Assembly: GCA_964016885.1 (NCBI GenBank)
Contig: OZ024752.1
Location: 12,772,001 to 12,836,000, forward strand
Direction: 5' to 3'
DNA from: Eledone cirrhosa
Lineage: Eukaryota
DNA length: 64,000 nucleotides
A program made the position numbers and the translations under genes. A model generated the notes under the pieces. That model ran no database searches, was not told the DNA's origin, and saw only the letters and a program-made list of their open reading frames with translations. Shown here one piece after another: positions 10,701-23,609 of this stretch (within the stretch, counting starts at the first letter, position 1; every line of letters begins with the position of its first letter).

Positions 10701-12102
10701 TTCCTCTGCCTACAGAGGCACTGTGCCATATTGTGACTTTGATTGCTCCTCTACATATAGAGGCACTGTGCCATATTGTGACTTTGAAAGCTACTCTGCC
10801 TACAGAGGCACTGTGCCATATTGTGACTTTGAAAGCTACTCTGTTTTATAGAGGCACTGTGCCATATTGTGACTTCGAAAGCTCCTCTACATACAGAGGC
10901 ACTGTGCCATATTGTGACTTTGAAAGCTCCTCTACATACAGAGGCGCTGTGCCATATTGTGACTTTGAAAGCTACTCTGCCTACAGAGGCACTGTGCCAT
11001 ATTGTGACTTTGAAAGCCCCTCTACATACAGAGGCACTGTGCCATATTGTGACTTTGGAAGCTCCTCTACATACAGAGGCACTGTGCCATATTGTGACTT
11101 TGGAAGCTCCTCTACATACAGAGGCGCTGTGCCATATTGTGACTTCGAAAGCTCCTCTACATACAGAGGCACTGTGCCATATTGTGACTTTGAAAGCTCC
11201 TCTACATACAGAGGCGCTGTGCCATATTGTGACTTTGAAAGCTACTCTGCCTACAGAGGCACTGTGCCATATTGTGACTTTGAAAGCCCCTCTACATACA
11301 GAGGCACTGTGCCATATTGTGACTTTGGAAGCTCCTCTACATACAGAGGCACTGTGCCATATTGTGACTTTGGAAGCTCTTCTACATACAGAGGCACTGT
11401 GCCATATTGTGACTTTGGAAGCTCCTCTACATACAGAGGCACTGTGCTATATTGTGACTTTGGAAGCTCCTCTACATACAGAGGCACTGTGCTATATTGT
11501 GACTTTTAAAGCTCTTCTACATACAGAGGCACTGTGCCATATTGGGACTTTGGAAGCTCCTCTACATACAGAGGCACTGTGCCATATTGTGACTTTAGAA
11601 GCTCTTCTACATACAGAGGCACTGTGCCATATTGTGACTTTGAAAGCTCCTCTACATACAGAGGCACTGTGCTATATTGTGACTTTTAAAGCTCCTCTAC
11701 ATACAGAGGCACTGTGCCATATTGTGACTGAAAGCTCCTCTACATACAGAGGCACTGTGCCATATTGTGACTGAAAGCTCCTCTGCCTACAGAGGCACTG
11801 TGCCATATTGTGACTTTTAAAGCTCCTCTACATACAGAAGCACTGTGCCATATTGTGACTGAAAGCTCCTCTACATACAGAAGCACTGTGCCATATTGTG
11901 ACTGAAAGCTCCTCTACATACAGAGGCACTGTGCCATATTGTGACTTTTAAAGCTCCTCTACATACAGAGGCACTGTGCCATATTGTGACTGAAAGCTCC
12001 TCTACATACAGAGGCACTGTGCCATATTGTGACTTTTAAAGCTCCTCTGCCTACAGAGGCACTGTGCCATATTGTAACTTTGATTGTTTCTCTGCTTTAC
12101 AG
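10701..12102. repeat. 45-bp minisatellite, about 31 copies
   Basis: Unit GAGGCACTGTGCCATATTGTGACTTTGAAAGCTCCTCTACATACA; 43-bp variants towards the 3' end. Confidence 0.95.
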
Positions 12103-12294
12103 AGGCTGTATGCCCCCCTGTGGTTAAGGATACTTCTATGTTTGAGGTTAATCCACCTGGGGAGACAAAGTATGGAGAAATTGTAAACATTACCTTCAAT
12201 CAAACTGGTATATCAAAGGTATATCAAAGGAGATGTCTGTATGACGTGAAGAATAAAATATTTACAACCCTCGGAGAGAATTATGAAGGTCTTG
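12103..12294 (+). CDS. Exon 2: degenerate CCP-like module with only 2 Cys
   Basis: tttacag|AG...CTTG|gtaagt; EAVCPPVVKD...KYGEIVNITF...RRCLYD...GENYEGL; 192 nt, phase 1-1. Confidence 0.85.
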
Positions 12295-14119
12295 GTAAGT
12301 AGAACAAAGGGTCATTGTCCCTCAGCTTTACACCTTCTTCTAGTTGTCAATATTAAGGGGTTGTTTTTATTAGGGTGTGGATTGCGGTGGATTGGCAGCA
12401 TCGGTAGAGGGTCTGACGCCATGCTTTACAGCACAGAGTTATGGCCCTTTATGGTCTGAGTTCAAATCCCGCCGAGGTTAACTTTGCCTTTCATCTTTTT
12501 GGGGTCGATAAAATAAAGTACCAGTAATACACTGGGATAATTGCTGGCTTTGTGCCAAAAGTAGAAACAATTATTAGGGTGTTGTTAATAAGAGGTTGTT
12601 GATATTGAGGGGTTGATATTATTAGGGTGTTGTTCATAAGAGGTTGTTGATATTATGGGCTTGATATTAAGGGGTCGTTATAATTAGGGTGTTGTTAATA
12701 AGAGATTGTTGATATTGAGGGGTTGATATTAAGGGGTTGTTATAATTAGGGTGTTGTTAATAAGAGGTTATTGATATTAAAGGGTCATTATAAGTAGGGT
12801 GTTGTTAATAAAAGGTTGTTGACAATATGGGGTTGCTGTTATTAAGGGGTCGTTATTATTAAGAGTCAACTTTGAGGTTGATGATGTAGATGTTGTTGAT
12901 ATAAAGGGTCAACTTCTGTATGATTACATTAACAGAAATGGGGTTGGTTTTGATGTTGATATTCAGTGGTACCTTCTCTATGACGAAGCCAATAGGAGAA
13001 AAACAAGCTGGGAAGAAGTTCTAGAGGATGGCACCCTTGATAGAAGAATAATCGGACTAAATCTATAGTTTGGGGTTTATCTGTGAGACAGAATTCTTGT
13101 TCTTATTCTTGTTTAAGTCTCTGAAAAGCATGAAGTTCATAACTCGGATTTTTATCCAGATCATCCATGAATGGATGCCTCTGATCATGCATGGTCAACT
13201 AATTTCTATTATTTCTGTAGGTGTCACGACAAAAAGTACCCAGCACACACTGTTAATGTGGTTGGCGTTAGGAAGGGCATCCAGTCGTAGAAAACCAACC
13301 AGAAAATCTCCTATATGAGCGAGAGATGGTCAACCAGCCCAACTTGCCTCTAATTGGGACAAATCCGTCTAACCCATGCCAGCGTTGAAAATAGGAATTA
13401 ATGATGATGATAATAATTGTTTCTACTTTTTGCACAAGACCAGCAATTACCCAGTACATTACTGGTACTTTATTTTATCGACCCCGTAAGATGATGATAT
13501 TAATGATGATGATGATGATATGAAATAAATCTATATCTCCCTACACCACCATAACCAACCACGACCACCACAACCACCACCACCACTACTACCATGACCA
13601 TAACAACCATCATCATCATCATCATCAACATCATCATTTTACATCTGTCTTCCATGTTGGTATGGGCTGTTGGATAGGTTGCATGGTTGGAGACTAAACA
13701 GGCCAGGGAGCCTGTTCCATGTTTAGCATGTTCTCTATGGCAGGATGCTGTTCCTAATACCAACCAAACCCTTTTTGAGAGTGTACCGAGTAGATTTTAT
13801 CATGGCACCAGCACTGAGTGTACTGACTCACTTTTATATTCATTCTTCGCTAAGATGTAAATAAATATTTTTTGTGCCTTTTATATTTACTAGAATTTTG
13901 ATCAACATGCTGACATGTATGTGTATATGTGTCTGCATATATCTATGTATATATCATCATCAACATCATTTTACGTCCGCTTTTCCCTGCTTGCAAGGGT
14001 GGGATGGGAACTGATTCTGGCTTGATTTCTACAGCTGGATGCCCTTGTTAACACCAACCTCATTTACAGTGAGTGCTGGGTGCTTTTTGACCGTGGCACC
14101 TCCACGACCACTTTGCAGT

Positions 14120-14286
14120 GGAATGATAGGGACCCCAGTCCCTATCATCTCATTTCTACAGCTGAGTAAACTGGAGCAATGTGACATAAAGTGTCTTGCT
14201 CAAGGAAACAACACATCACCCGGTCCGAGAATTGAACTCACAACCGTTCGATTGCAAGACCAATGCTCCAACCACTAAGCCATGTG

Positions 14287-14290
<4 letters not shown>
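14120..14290 (-). mobile_element. Second tRNA-derived SINE family (also about 15990-16160, 28590-28755, 42490-42610)
   Basis: Minus strand TGGCTTAGTGG A box, GAGTTCAATTC B box, CCTTGAGCAAGACACTT core. Confidence 0.75.
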
Positions 14291-14347
<57 letters not shown>

Positions 14348-14723
14348 ATATATATATATATATATACATTATATATATATACACACATTTATATGTATGA
14401 GTATATAAATATAAACGTGCAAACACAGACACACTTACAGCAATACACATTCACACACATACATTCACACAAATACAAACACACACATACACATACACTC
14501 ACACACAGCGTAGCAAATGGAACACCACCCGCTGTTTTGTTATAATTGTTTTCACCATCCCCTTCCTTTTATGCACACATACATTCACACAAACACACAC
14601 AAACACATATACACACACACAGTGTGACGGACGGACAGAAGTTGCTCAAATTTATATATAGATTCTTAGCTGAGAGTAAATAAATGTTTTTTTTAATGAG
14701 TCCTACAATAATTATTTTTACAG

Positions 14724-14918
14724 TTGTTGACTGCGGCCAACCTAAGAAGATTCCAGGCATGGTAATACCTGATCAGTTAAGCTATACTCAAGGATCCTCT
14801 TTTGAGTTTCAATGTCTTCAACCATTATTTCAAGCTGTTGGTAAAAGTGCTTTGAAGAATCAAACAGTGATGTGTAACCAAAATGGTCGATGGACCTTTA
14901 ATAATTTAACTTGCATTG
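14724..14918 (+). CDS. Exon 3: CCP/sushi domain
   Basis: ttacag|TT...ATTG|gtaagt; VDCGQPKKIPG...FEFQC...VMCNQNGRWTFNNLTCI; 195 nt. Confidence 0.92.
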
Positions 14919-16626
14919 GTAAGTATAGATGTATACTCTTGTGGTTTATTTTCTGGTGATAGAAGTTACCACTAAGGCATCTTATCTTATCTTTATTTAT
15001 GACATGTCTTACTATGGCCTGATGTCACATATAATGTTATATGGAATGGACCTTCATCAGTTTCAACGATGAGTGTTTCAGTTGTTCAACTAATGGAACA
15101 GCCTATTCATGAAATTAAAATGAAAGTGGCTGAGTATTCCACAGTCGCATGTTCCTTTAACATATTTCTCAGTGAGATTTGATATGACACTGTGCGTGAC
15201 AAGGCTGACTTTTTGAATTACACACTAGCCTTTTGAATTACACCTGGCCTTTTGAATTACACCTAGCCTTTGTGTTACACACTAACCTTTTGTATTACAC
15301 ACTGGCCTTTTGAATTACAGGCAGGCTTCCAGACAGTTTTTAGCTCCCAATTTCTCTCTCAAGACATGGATTTACTCATGGCTAATGTAAATAACAACTT
15401 GTCCAAGGCACCATGTGGTTGGATCGAACCTGCCAGCTTAATGATTGTGAACCGAACTTCTTAACCATTCGGCCATGCTGTGTATTGGTGTGTTGTTATA
15501 TGATATACAAAGAGAGCCATAATTAGCTTACTAGATTAGTGTTAAAAGATGTAAATACAAGCATAATAAAGCCTTTCATATTTAGAGAGAAACCTTTTGT
15601 GGCCAACAGCGGTATTTGCTCTCAGAACTTTTTCCAACCCGTTCTAACTCTGGTGACTGTACTTTCAGTTTTGATTGGACTAAATAACTATGGTGGTGAG
15701 TGGGGGTGGGCGGGGATGGTTGACCTTTGAAGATGCAAGCATATTTTCAAACGTGTGAGAGATAAAAAATGATAACAAAAAAAATGGACAAAACGAAATT
15801 CCGAGAGAGAAAAGTTAGTTAGATTCTAGAACAATCTATACAAACAAAAGTGACCAAATGGACTAAACAGAGAATGGGAGAGAATGAGAATATTGTAAAA
15901 AAAAAAGTTACCTTACAGATCAACCTCATTTACAGTGAGTGCTGGGTGCTTTTTTGCCGTGGCACCTCCACGACCACTTTGCAGTGGAATGATAGGGACC
16001 CCAGTCCCTATCATCTCATTTCTACAGCTGAGTAAACTGGAGCAATGTGAAATAAAGTGTCTTGCTCAAAGAAACAACACATCACTCGGTCTGAGAATTG
16101 AACTCACAACCTTTCGATTGCAAGGACAATGCTCTAACCACTAAGCCATGTGCCTCCATCATATGTGTTAATATACATCTTTAGTATAAATATATTTACA
16201 GTTTATTAAACCCTGTATATATATCTTCAACAAATTTTCTTTTATCTCTAACGATATCCATCACACCCATCATTAATATTTGTCACTAATAGAATCAACT
16301 GCACCCAACTCCCATACATTTACCATTATTCTTAATTAAATCATATGTATCCATCTCTCATAAAATTATCTCTGTTCCTAATTAGAACCTCCATATCCAT
16401 TACAAACAATTAATTATCTTTATTTCTCATTAAATCAATGATACTCATCTTCTATAAAATGTATGTTTATCCCTAATTAAATCAATCACGCCCATCTTTC
16501 ATAAAATAATCATTGTCCTTAAATTAAATTAACTACATCCACCACCTAGAAAATTAGTTTGGAGAGATTTAGTAATAATTAACTATTTCATTCACCCCTG
16601 GTGGCCAATAAATGAAATCATTATTA

Positions 16627-18127
16627 AGCCATGCTTTCCAGCATAGTTACGTCCCTTTACGATCTGAGTTCAAATCCCGCCGAGGTTGACTTTGCCTTTT
16701 ATCCTTACGGGGTCGATGAAATAAAGTACCAGTAATGCACTGGGTATTTGCTGGCCTTGTGCCTAAAGTAGAAACAATTATTAATCTGTCAGGGCGGTGG
16801 ATTGGCAGTATTGGTAGAGGGTTTGACGCCATGCTTTGCAGCAAAGAGTTACGGCCCTTTATAGTCTGAGTTCAAATCCCACCAAGGTTAACTTTGCGTT
16901 TCATCCTTACAGGGTCGATAAAATAAAGTACCAGTAATGTACTGGGTAATTGCTGGCCTTGTGCCAAAAGTAGAAACAATTATTAATCTGTTAGCGGTGA
17001 ATTAGCAGTATCTGTAGAGGGTCGGACGCCATGCTTTCCAGCATAGTTACGTCCCTTTACAGTCTGAGTTCAAATCCCGCCAAGATTAACTGTGCCTTCT
17101 ATCGGAGTTATGGCCCTTGCCATTCTGAGTTTAAATCCCATCGAGGTTAATTTTGCCTTTCATCCCTATGGGGTCGATAAAATAAAGTACCAGTAATGTA
17201 CTGGATAATTGCTGGCCTTGTACCAAAATTAGAAATAATTACTAACCTGTTAGCATGGCATCCCATAATACTGTCAATCAACCAACCCCACAACAGCTTA
17301 ACCCTTTAATATTTAAATCAGTTGTATCCGGGTAGAACTCTCCCACCTCTATCTATTCAAACCGGCTATAACCGACTTCTCATACTTATGTTGAGGTATT
17401 GTTCACAAAATAAATAATTGTTCCTGCTTTTGGCACAAGGCCAGCAATTACCTCAGTACATTACTGGTACTTTATTTTATCGACCCCGTAAGGATGAAAG
17501 GCAAAATTAACCTCGGCGGGATTTGAACTCAGAATGGCAAGGGCCGTAACTCCGACCCTCTACCGATACTGCCAATCCACCGTTCTCAAAATGGATAATA
17601 TCAAAATCTTTGCCTTTCATCCTTACAGGGTTGATAAAATAAAGTACCAGTAATGCACTAGGGTAATTGCTGGCCTTGTGCCAAAAGTAGAAACAATTAT
17701 ATCGAATCTGAGATTTTGATATTATTCATTTTGAGAACGGTGGATTGGCCATATCGGTAGAGGGTCGGAGTTATGGCCCTTGCCATTCTGAGTTCAAATC
17801 CCGCCGAGGTTGACTTTGCCTTTCATCCTTACGGGGTCGATAACATAAAGTACCAGTAATGTACTGGGTTATTACTGGGCTTGTGCCAAAAGTAGAAACA
17901 ATTATTAAGTGGTGGAGTGGCAGGATCAGTAGAGCGTCGGACACCATGCTTTGCAGCATAGAGTTACGGTCCTTTACATTTTGAGTTCAACTCCTGTTGA
18001 GGTTAGCTTTGCCTTTCATCCGTACAGGGTCGATATTATAAAGTACCAGGCACATACTGGGTTGATTTATTCAAATTTCCCTTCTCCTAAAACATTTGGC
18101 CTTGAGCCTAAATCATAAACCATTATT
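16627..18127. mobile_element. Cluster of about 7 SINE copies in both orientations
   Basis: Same SINE core repeated head-to-tail and inverted. Confidence 0.85.
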
Positions 18128-18129
18128 AA

Positions 18130-18350
18130 CCCTTTAGCATTTACATTACTCTATATTTACTATTATATTTTCACGGTAAAAGCTTTACCTTACAAACTTA
18201 TCTCTCATAATATTAAATCTATGAGATATTGATGTTATTTATTTTGAGTACAATACCTTAACATCAGTATGAGCAGCCAGGTACAGCCAGTTTGAACAGA
18301 AAGAGGTGAGAGAATTGTGGCCAGATATGGCCAGTTTAAATGCTAAAGGG
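18130..18350. mobile_element. TTAA-flanked (piggyBac-like) MITE; about 10 related copies in window
   Basis: TTAA|CCCTTTAGCATTTA...TAAATGCTAAAGGG|TTAA; other copies near 3149-3790, 3863-10408, 45950-46140, 53060-53312, 55262, 55516, 60290-60506. Confidence 0.8.
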
Positions 18351-18486
18351 TTAAACTGTTGTTTGGAACATAACTTAACAAAGGTTCTTACATAAGATTA
18401 TGACTGTCAAAACTGATGAATGCCAAAAATAATTGAAATATTCTAAGCATAAAGTTCATTTTTATATCTTTTTCTTGTTTTTCCAG

Positions 18487-18672
18487 GTCCATCATGCAGT
18501 GACCCTGGTCAACCACCTGATGGAAAACAAGATTTCACATCTTATGAACTGGGGAATTTGGTCAAATATGTTTGTTTACGATCCGGATATAGACCAAGTT
18601 CTCCTTATCCATTAAAATGTGTTTTTGAAAACAATACAGTACAGTGGAATAATACAATACCTACTTGTGTTG
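18487..18672 (+). CDS. Exon 4: CCP/sushi domain
   Basis: ttccag|GT...GTTG|gtaggt; PSCSDPGQPPDG...YVCLRSGY...LKC...WNNTIPTCV; 186 nt. Confidence 0.92.
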
Positions 18673-18684
18673 GTAGGTATCAAG

Positions 18685-19450
18685 CACACACACACACACA
18701 CACACAAACATACACTCACACAAACACATTTACACACACACACACACACACACAAACATACACTCACACAAACACGCACAGGCATAAACACACACACACA
18801 CACATTTACACACACACACTCAAACTTACACTCACATTAACATATTCACAAACACAGATTAAGATAAACACAGACAGATACACACACTCACACAAACATG
18901 CACGGACATAAGCACACAGACACACACACCACACACATAAGCATACACTCACACACATGCACAGGCATAAACACACACAAACATACACTCACACAAACAC
19001 GCACACACATAAACACATTCAGAAACACGCACTGACACAAACATACACTCACACAAACACGCACACACATAAACACACACACACACACACTGACACACAA
19101 ATATGCACTGAAACAAACACGCACACACACTGACACACACACAAACACACACATATACATCATCATCATCATTATGACATACACTCACACTAGCACTCTA
19201 ATACACATACACACAAAAACAGGCACACACAAACACACACATACACACACAAGCAAATACGCACTAACACACATACTCACTAATATTCACATGCACCCAT
19301 ACACACACACACAAACACGAATATATACTTACACACATATTTATACTCATGCAAATATACAATCATACACACACACACACACTAGCACTTGAATATACAT
19401 GCTCATACACATACTAACACACACATACTAATACACACATACACACACTG
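18685..19450. repeat. Degenerate (CA)n microsatellite field
   Basis: Direct reading. Confidence 0.9.
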
Positions 19451-21830
19451 AGCATGGCCATTTCCCAGAGGGGACCAGTGCCCTATTTTGCTTCCTACAT
19501 ACTAGAACTTTAGTCTTAGACAAGTTAATTTTAAGGCCTTTTGATTCTAGGCCATGATTCCATGTTTGGAATTTCTTCTCTAGTTCAGCCATTGATTCAT
19601 CTATGAGCGTTAGATCATCTGCATAGAGAAGTTCCCATGGGCAGCTGGTCTTGAACTCCTCTGTTATAGCCTGAAGCGCAATAATAAATAGGAGGGGGCT
19701 AAGAACAGAGCCCTGATGAACACTGACTTTTATGCTAAATTCTTCACTATATTCTTTGTTAATTCTAACCTTGCTAACTGTTTCTTTATACATGGCTTGT
19801 CTTGTATAGCTCTCATGAGCCATTCATCAACACCTTGTTTTCTAAGAGCTCAGCAGATAATGGAGTGGGGACTCTGTCAAAGGCTTTCTCCAAGTCAACA
19901 AAAGCTTAGTATAGGGGTTTACTTTTAGCTAGGAACTTCTCCTGTAGTTGTCTTACAAGGAAAAGAGCGTCTGTGGTACTTTTACCAGACACAAACCCAA
20001 ACTGCATTTCATCTAGATCAATTCGCTCTCTGATTAGTTGCGCTATAACTTTTTCTGTGACCTTCATGACCTGGTCAATTAATTTAATGCCTCTATAGTT
20101 TCCCCTATCTAGGGCGTCTCCTTTACCCTTGTAGCAGTTAATGATGATGCTGCTATGCCAGTCATTTGGTATGACCCCATTCTATATGACTTGGTTTACT
20201 ATCCGGGAGACCATAGTGTGTCCTACCGATCCAGATGCTTTCAGCATTTCAGCAACTATTTCCGAAAGCCCAGCTGCTTTGCCTGTCTTCATATCTTTGA
20301 TTGCCTTACTTATTATACTACCTTCAACTCGCACTTCTGGTCCCTCTATTGGATCAATTTGGGGCAGACTATCTTTTTCCCACTTATTCTCCTCATTTAG
20401 TAGCCTCTCGTAGTGACACTTCCAAGCTACCTTCTTATCAGTATCCATGATGGCAAGTATACCATCATCATTATGGATACACTTCTCCCCGACAATATCA
20501 CGGTTTTCCTTGACACATTGTCTAGCATTCCTGAACACCTCACGTTTTTGGTCCTCGCGTTGTAGAACATGCTTGAACTTTCTTTCCTCTGCTTCCCTTC
20601 TTGCAAGGTACACTTGTCTCCTAGCTTCCCTCCTGGCCACTTGATAGGGTTCTCTACTTCCCCCATCCCGCCATACTTTCCAAGCTTGCTTTTTGGCCTT
20701 GATTGACTCCTCCACCTTACTGTTCCACCACCATGTTACTCTCCTCCTGCCTATAGGTCTTCTCCAGCCACAGATTTCATCTGTTGCCTTCAGCAGGTTA
20801 ACTTTCAGGAATTCCCACTGTTCCTCTATACTGTATGTCTTTAATTGCTCTTCCTTACTGTCAAAAGTATCAAGTAGTATGCTTTTAAATTTGTTACTGG
20901 CTGTGGGGTCCTTTAACTTCCATATTCTTCTTCTCAGGGTGGTCCTCCTCTGTTGTCGAGTATGTCTCGTCCTGACTATGAGGTCACTAACTATGAGGCT
21001 GTGTTGAGAGGTGCATTCTTTGTGGGGGAGGGATTTAGTGTTTTACAACCGTCACTTTGGTAAGGATATAATCTATCTGACTGGCGTGTTCCTCTGATCT
21101 ATAGGTGATCAAGTGATTGTCTCGTTTTTTGAAGTTAGTGTTACAGATAGTTAGGTTATTAGCGTCACAGAATTTCAGGATTCTGAAGCCTTCCTCAGTT
21201 CTGGTTCCAAACCCGTAGCCTCCATGGATTCTGTCATAGCCGTCACAATGTTGTTCAACATGACCATTTAGGTCACCAGCAATAATTATGTAGTCACTGT
21301 TGGTTAGTTGGGAGGTAGTGTGCATTAGCGACTCATAGAATCTCTCTTTTATAACGCCAGGCAGTCCAGATTGGGGTGCGTAAGCGGATATTATTGTCAC
21401 AGTAGTTCTATTTAGGATAAATCTTATTTTAATTATTCTGTCGTTCACTCTATTTACGTCAATTACCTTATCTACCCATTTTTCTGCTAACAATTCCTAC
21501 TCCACCCAGCCCATTTTCATTTCCCACCCAGAAAAGCTTATAGCATCGTTTTTTACCCACAATGAATCTAGCAGACCCACCCCTCCACCTAGTCTCTTGG
21601 ACGCAACAAACATCAACTTCCTTATGTTCAAGCATCTCCTAAACCTCATTAGAGCGACCTTTCAAAGTGCCTACATTCATGGTACCAACTCTAAAGTTTT
21701 GGATTTCGTTTGATGGGTGGAAGGGATGGGTTGGAGGTGTAGGGAGGGGTGAGGGAGATGGGGTTATGTTTGCCATCCGCGTCTGAAATAAAGAGGAATC
21801 CTTGCCTTTTCGTCTGGCCACATGAGGTGA
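19450..21830 (-). mobile_element. Decayed RTE-type LINE (APE + RT) with stops/frameshifts, lacking its 3' end
   Basis: Fragments VGTMNVGTLKG, ISAYAPQ, GDLNGH, SQIDYIL, HQGSVLSPLLF, ELLYADDL, GKWPCSVC across ORFs 21639-21821, 21035-21493, 20182-20715, 19428-19823. Confidence 0.9.
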
Positions 21831-21862
<32 letters not shown>

Positions 21863-21893
21863 CTATCTATATATATATATAGATAGATAGATA

Positions 21894-22476
21894 AATTAAT
21901 GAGATTACCGCGAAGAATAAGAAGCTCGTAACGGAGAAATAAATATCTTCATTCATCTTCTCTTCTTTCCACTGAGTCAACTCTAACCGAGCCACTGATC
22001 TGTCCTTTGAGGTAATATTTTACCCAACGCCACTTCGACGGTATTTTGCTGTTTTTTAACAGTTTTCATTTGCTGAGTTTTTCCATTTTCCTGAGAATTC
22101 TAATACACTCGCATCTCAAAACTCAATTTTCAAGTCAATTTGTTTATATATATATATATATATATATAAACAAATTGACTTGAAAATTGAGTTTTGAGAC
22201 GCGAGTGTATTAGAATTCTCAGATAAACAAATTGACTTGAAAATTGAGTTTTGAGACGCGAGTGTATTAAAATTCTCAGGAAAATGGAAAAACTCAGCAT
22301 ATGGAAACTGTTAAAAAACAGCAAAATACCGTCGAAGTGGCGTTGGATAAAATATTACCTCAAAGGACAGATCAGCGGCTCGGTTAGAGTTGACTCAGTG
22401 GAAAGAAGAGAAGATGAATGAAGATATTTATTTCTCCGTTACGAGCCTCTTATTCTTCGCGGTAATCTCATTAATT
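21894..22476. repeat. Long inverted repeat (about 250-bp arms) centred on (TA)n
   Basis: 21894-22145 is the reverse complement of 22169-22476, apart from a 57-bp duplication and a few mismatches. Confidence 0.93.
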
Positions 22477-22666
22477 CGTTGAAACTGCGGCAGGTTGAGA
22501 TCTGAAGAGCATATTTTAATGTTTGTGAGCTGTCCTCATTCATCCATTCTATTTCTTCTTATCTTCTCTTCTGTCCAATTTAGCTGCTATATTGATCAAG
22601 TCATGTGACTATGTAGAAATTCCTCTCCACTAAAAATATACATGTTTTATATTACTTTTATTGCAG

Positions 22667-22906
22667 ATGTTGAGAAACCAACATTTCTTAACTGCCCACC
22701 AAAAGTTCTACATGTTGAAAGGATGTCTCAACTCAACAGGGCAACCCCTAAAGCCAAAGATAATTCTCACTACTTAAAATCAGTTACTGTCCGCCCACTA
22801 CTCTTTCATATAAACCAAACAATTTTAAAGGACACCCTTGTTAGCTATATTGCAGAAGACCGTGCAGGTAACTCAGCTGACTGTACTTTCCAGCTGATTA
22901 TTATAG
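22667..22906 (+). CDS. Exon 5: HYR domain
   Basis: ttgcag|AT...ATAG|gtgagt; DVEKPTFLNCP...AKDNS...YIAEDRAGNSADCTF; 240 nt. Confidence 0.92.
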
Positions 22907-23268
22907 GTGAGTTTCACAAACAATCACTTTTATCTTATACTAAACATTGTCAATTAATTGTAAGGCAATAAGAGATACCATATATGCTCAAATATAAGTC
23001 AACCCTCAAATATAAGTTGTCCTCTCTTCCATTTTATATCTGAGAAATGGGCAAAAATCCAAAATTCATTTATAAACTGAAGCAGCTAATCAACACATTG
23101 TTTAATAATAATAATAATGAAAATTATTGTGTACAGTGTTCAGGTGCACTACAACTCATCAAAGGTGCATGTATAGTACATAGAATAATGTACAAAAGTC
23201 ATGAAAGTGAACATTGTATAGGTCGTGATACACACACACACACACACACACACACACCCACACACACA

Positions 23269-23330
<62 letters not shown>

Positions 23331-23435
23331 GAGGAATATCAGGTGTAGTGTTTGCGAATTTAGATGGCATGGTTTTGAAATTCTTATGAAGTTTTAATAT
23401 TTTGATATTTAAAATGTTTTAAGTGTAATTTAGAA

Positions 23436-23609
23436 CAGTGGCCACGAAACTGTGGTTCGTGGACCACTGCTGGTCCGAGAGAAAATTTTAGTGGTCCACA
23501 GAAAAATTTTAATGTATTTATATTTTTTTTTAAATTCATATTAGTGGTCCGTGGGATTTAAAATTATGAATTTAGTGGTCTGTGAGGCCTGAAGGGTTGG
23601 TGACCCCTG
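23436..23609. mobile_element. hAT (Charlie-like) MITE
   Basis: CAGTGG...CCCCTG ends with a perfect 8-bp TSD ATTTAGAA. Confidence 0.8.

Noticed and set aside
10733-11774. Long repetitive ORFs (258 and 301 aa)
   Set aside because: By-products of a 45-bp unit lacking stops in two frames; intronic and not in frame with exon 2.
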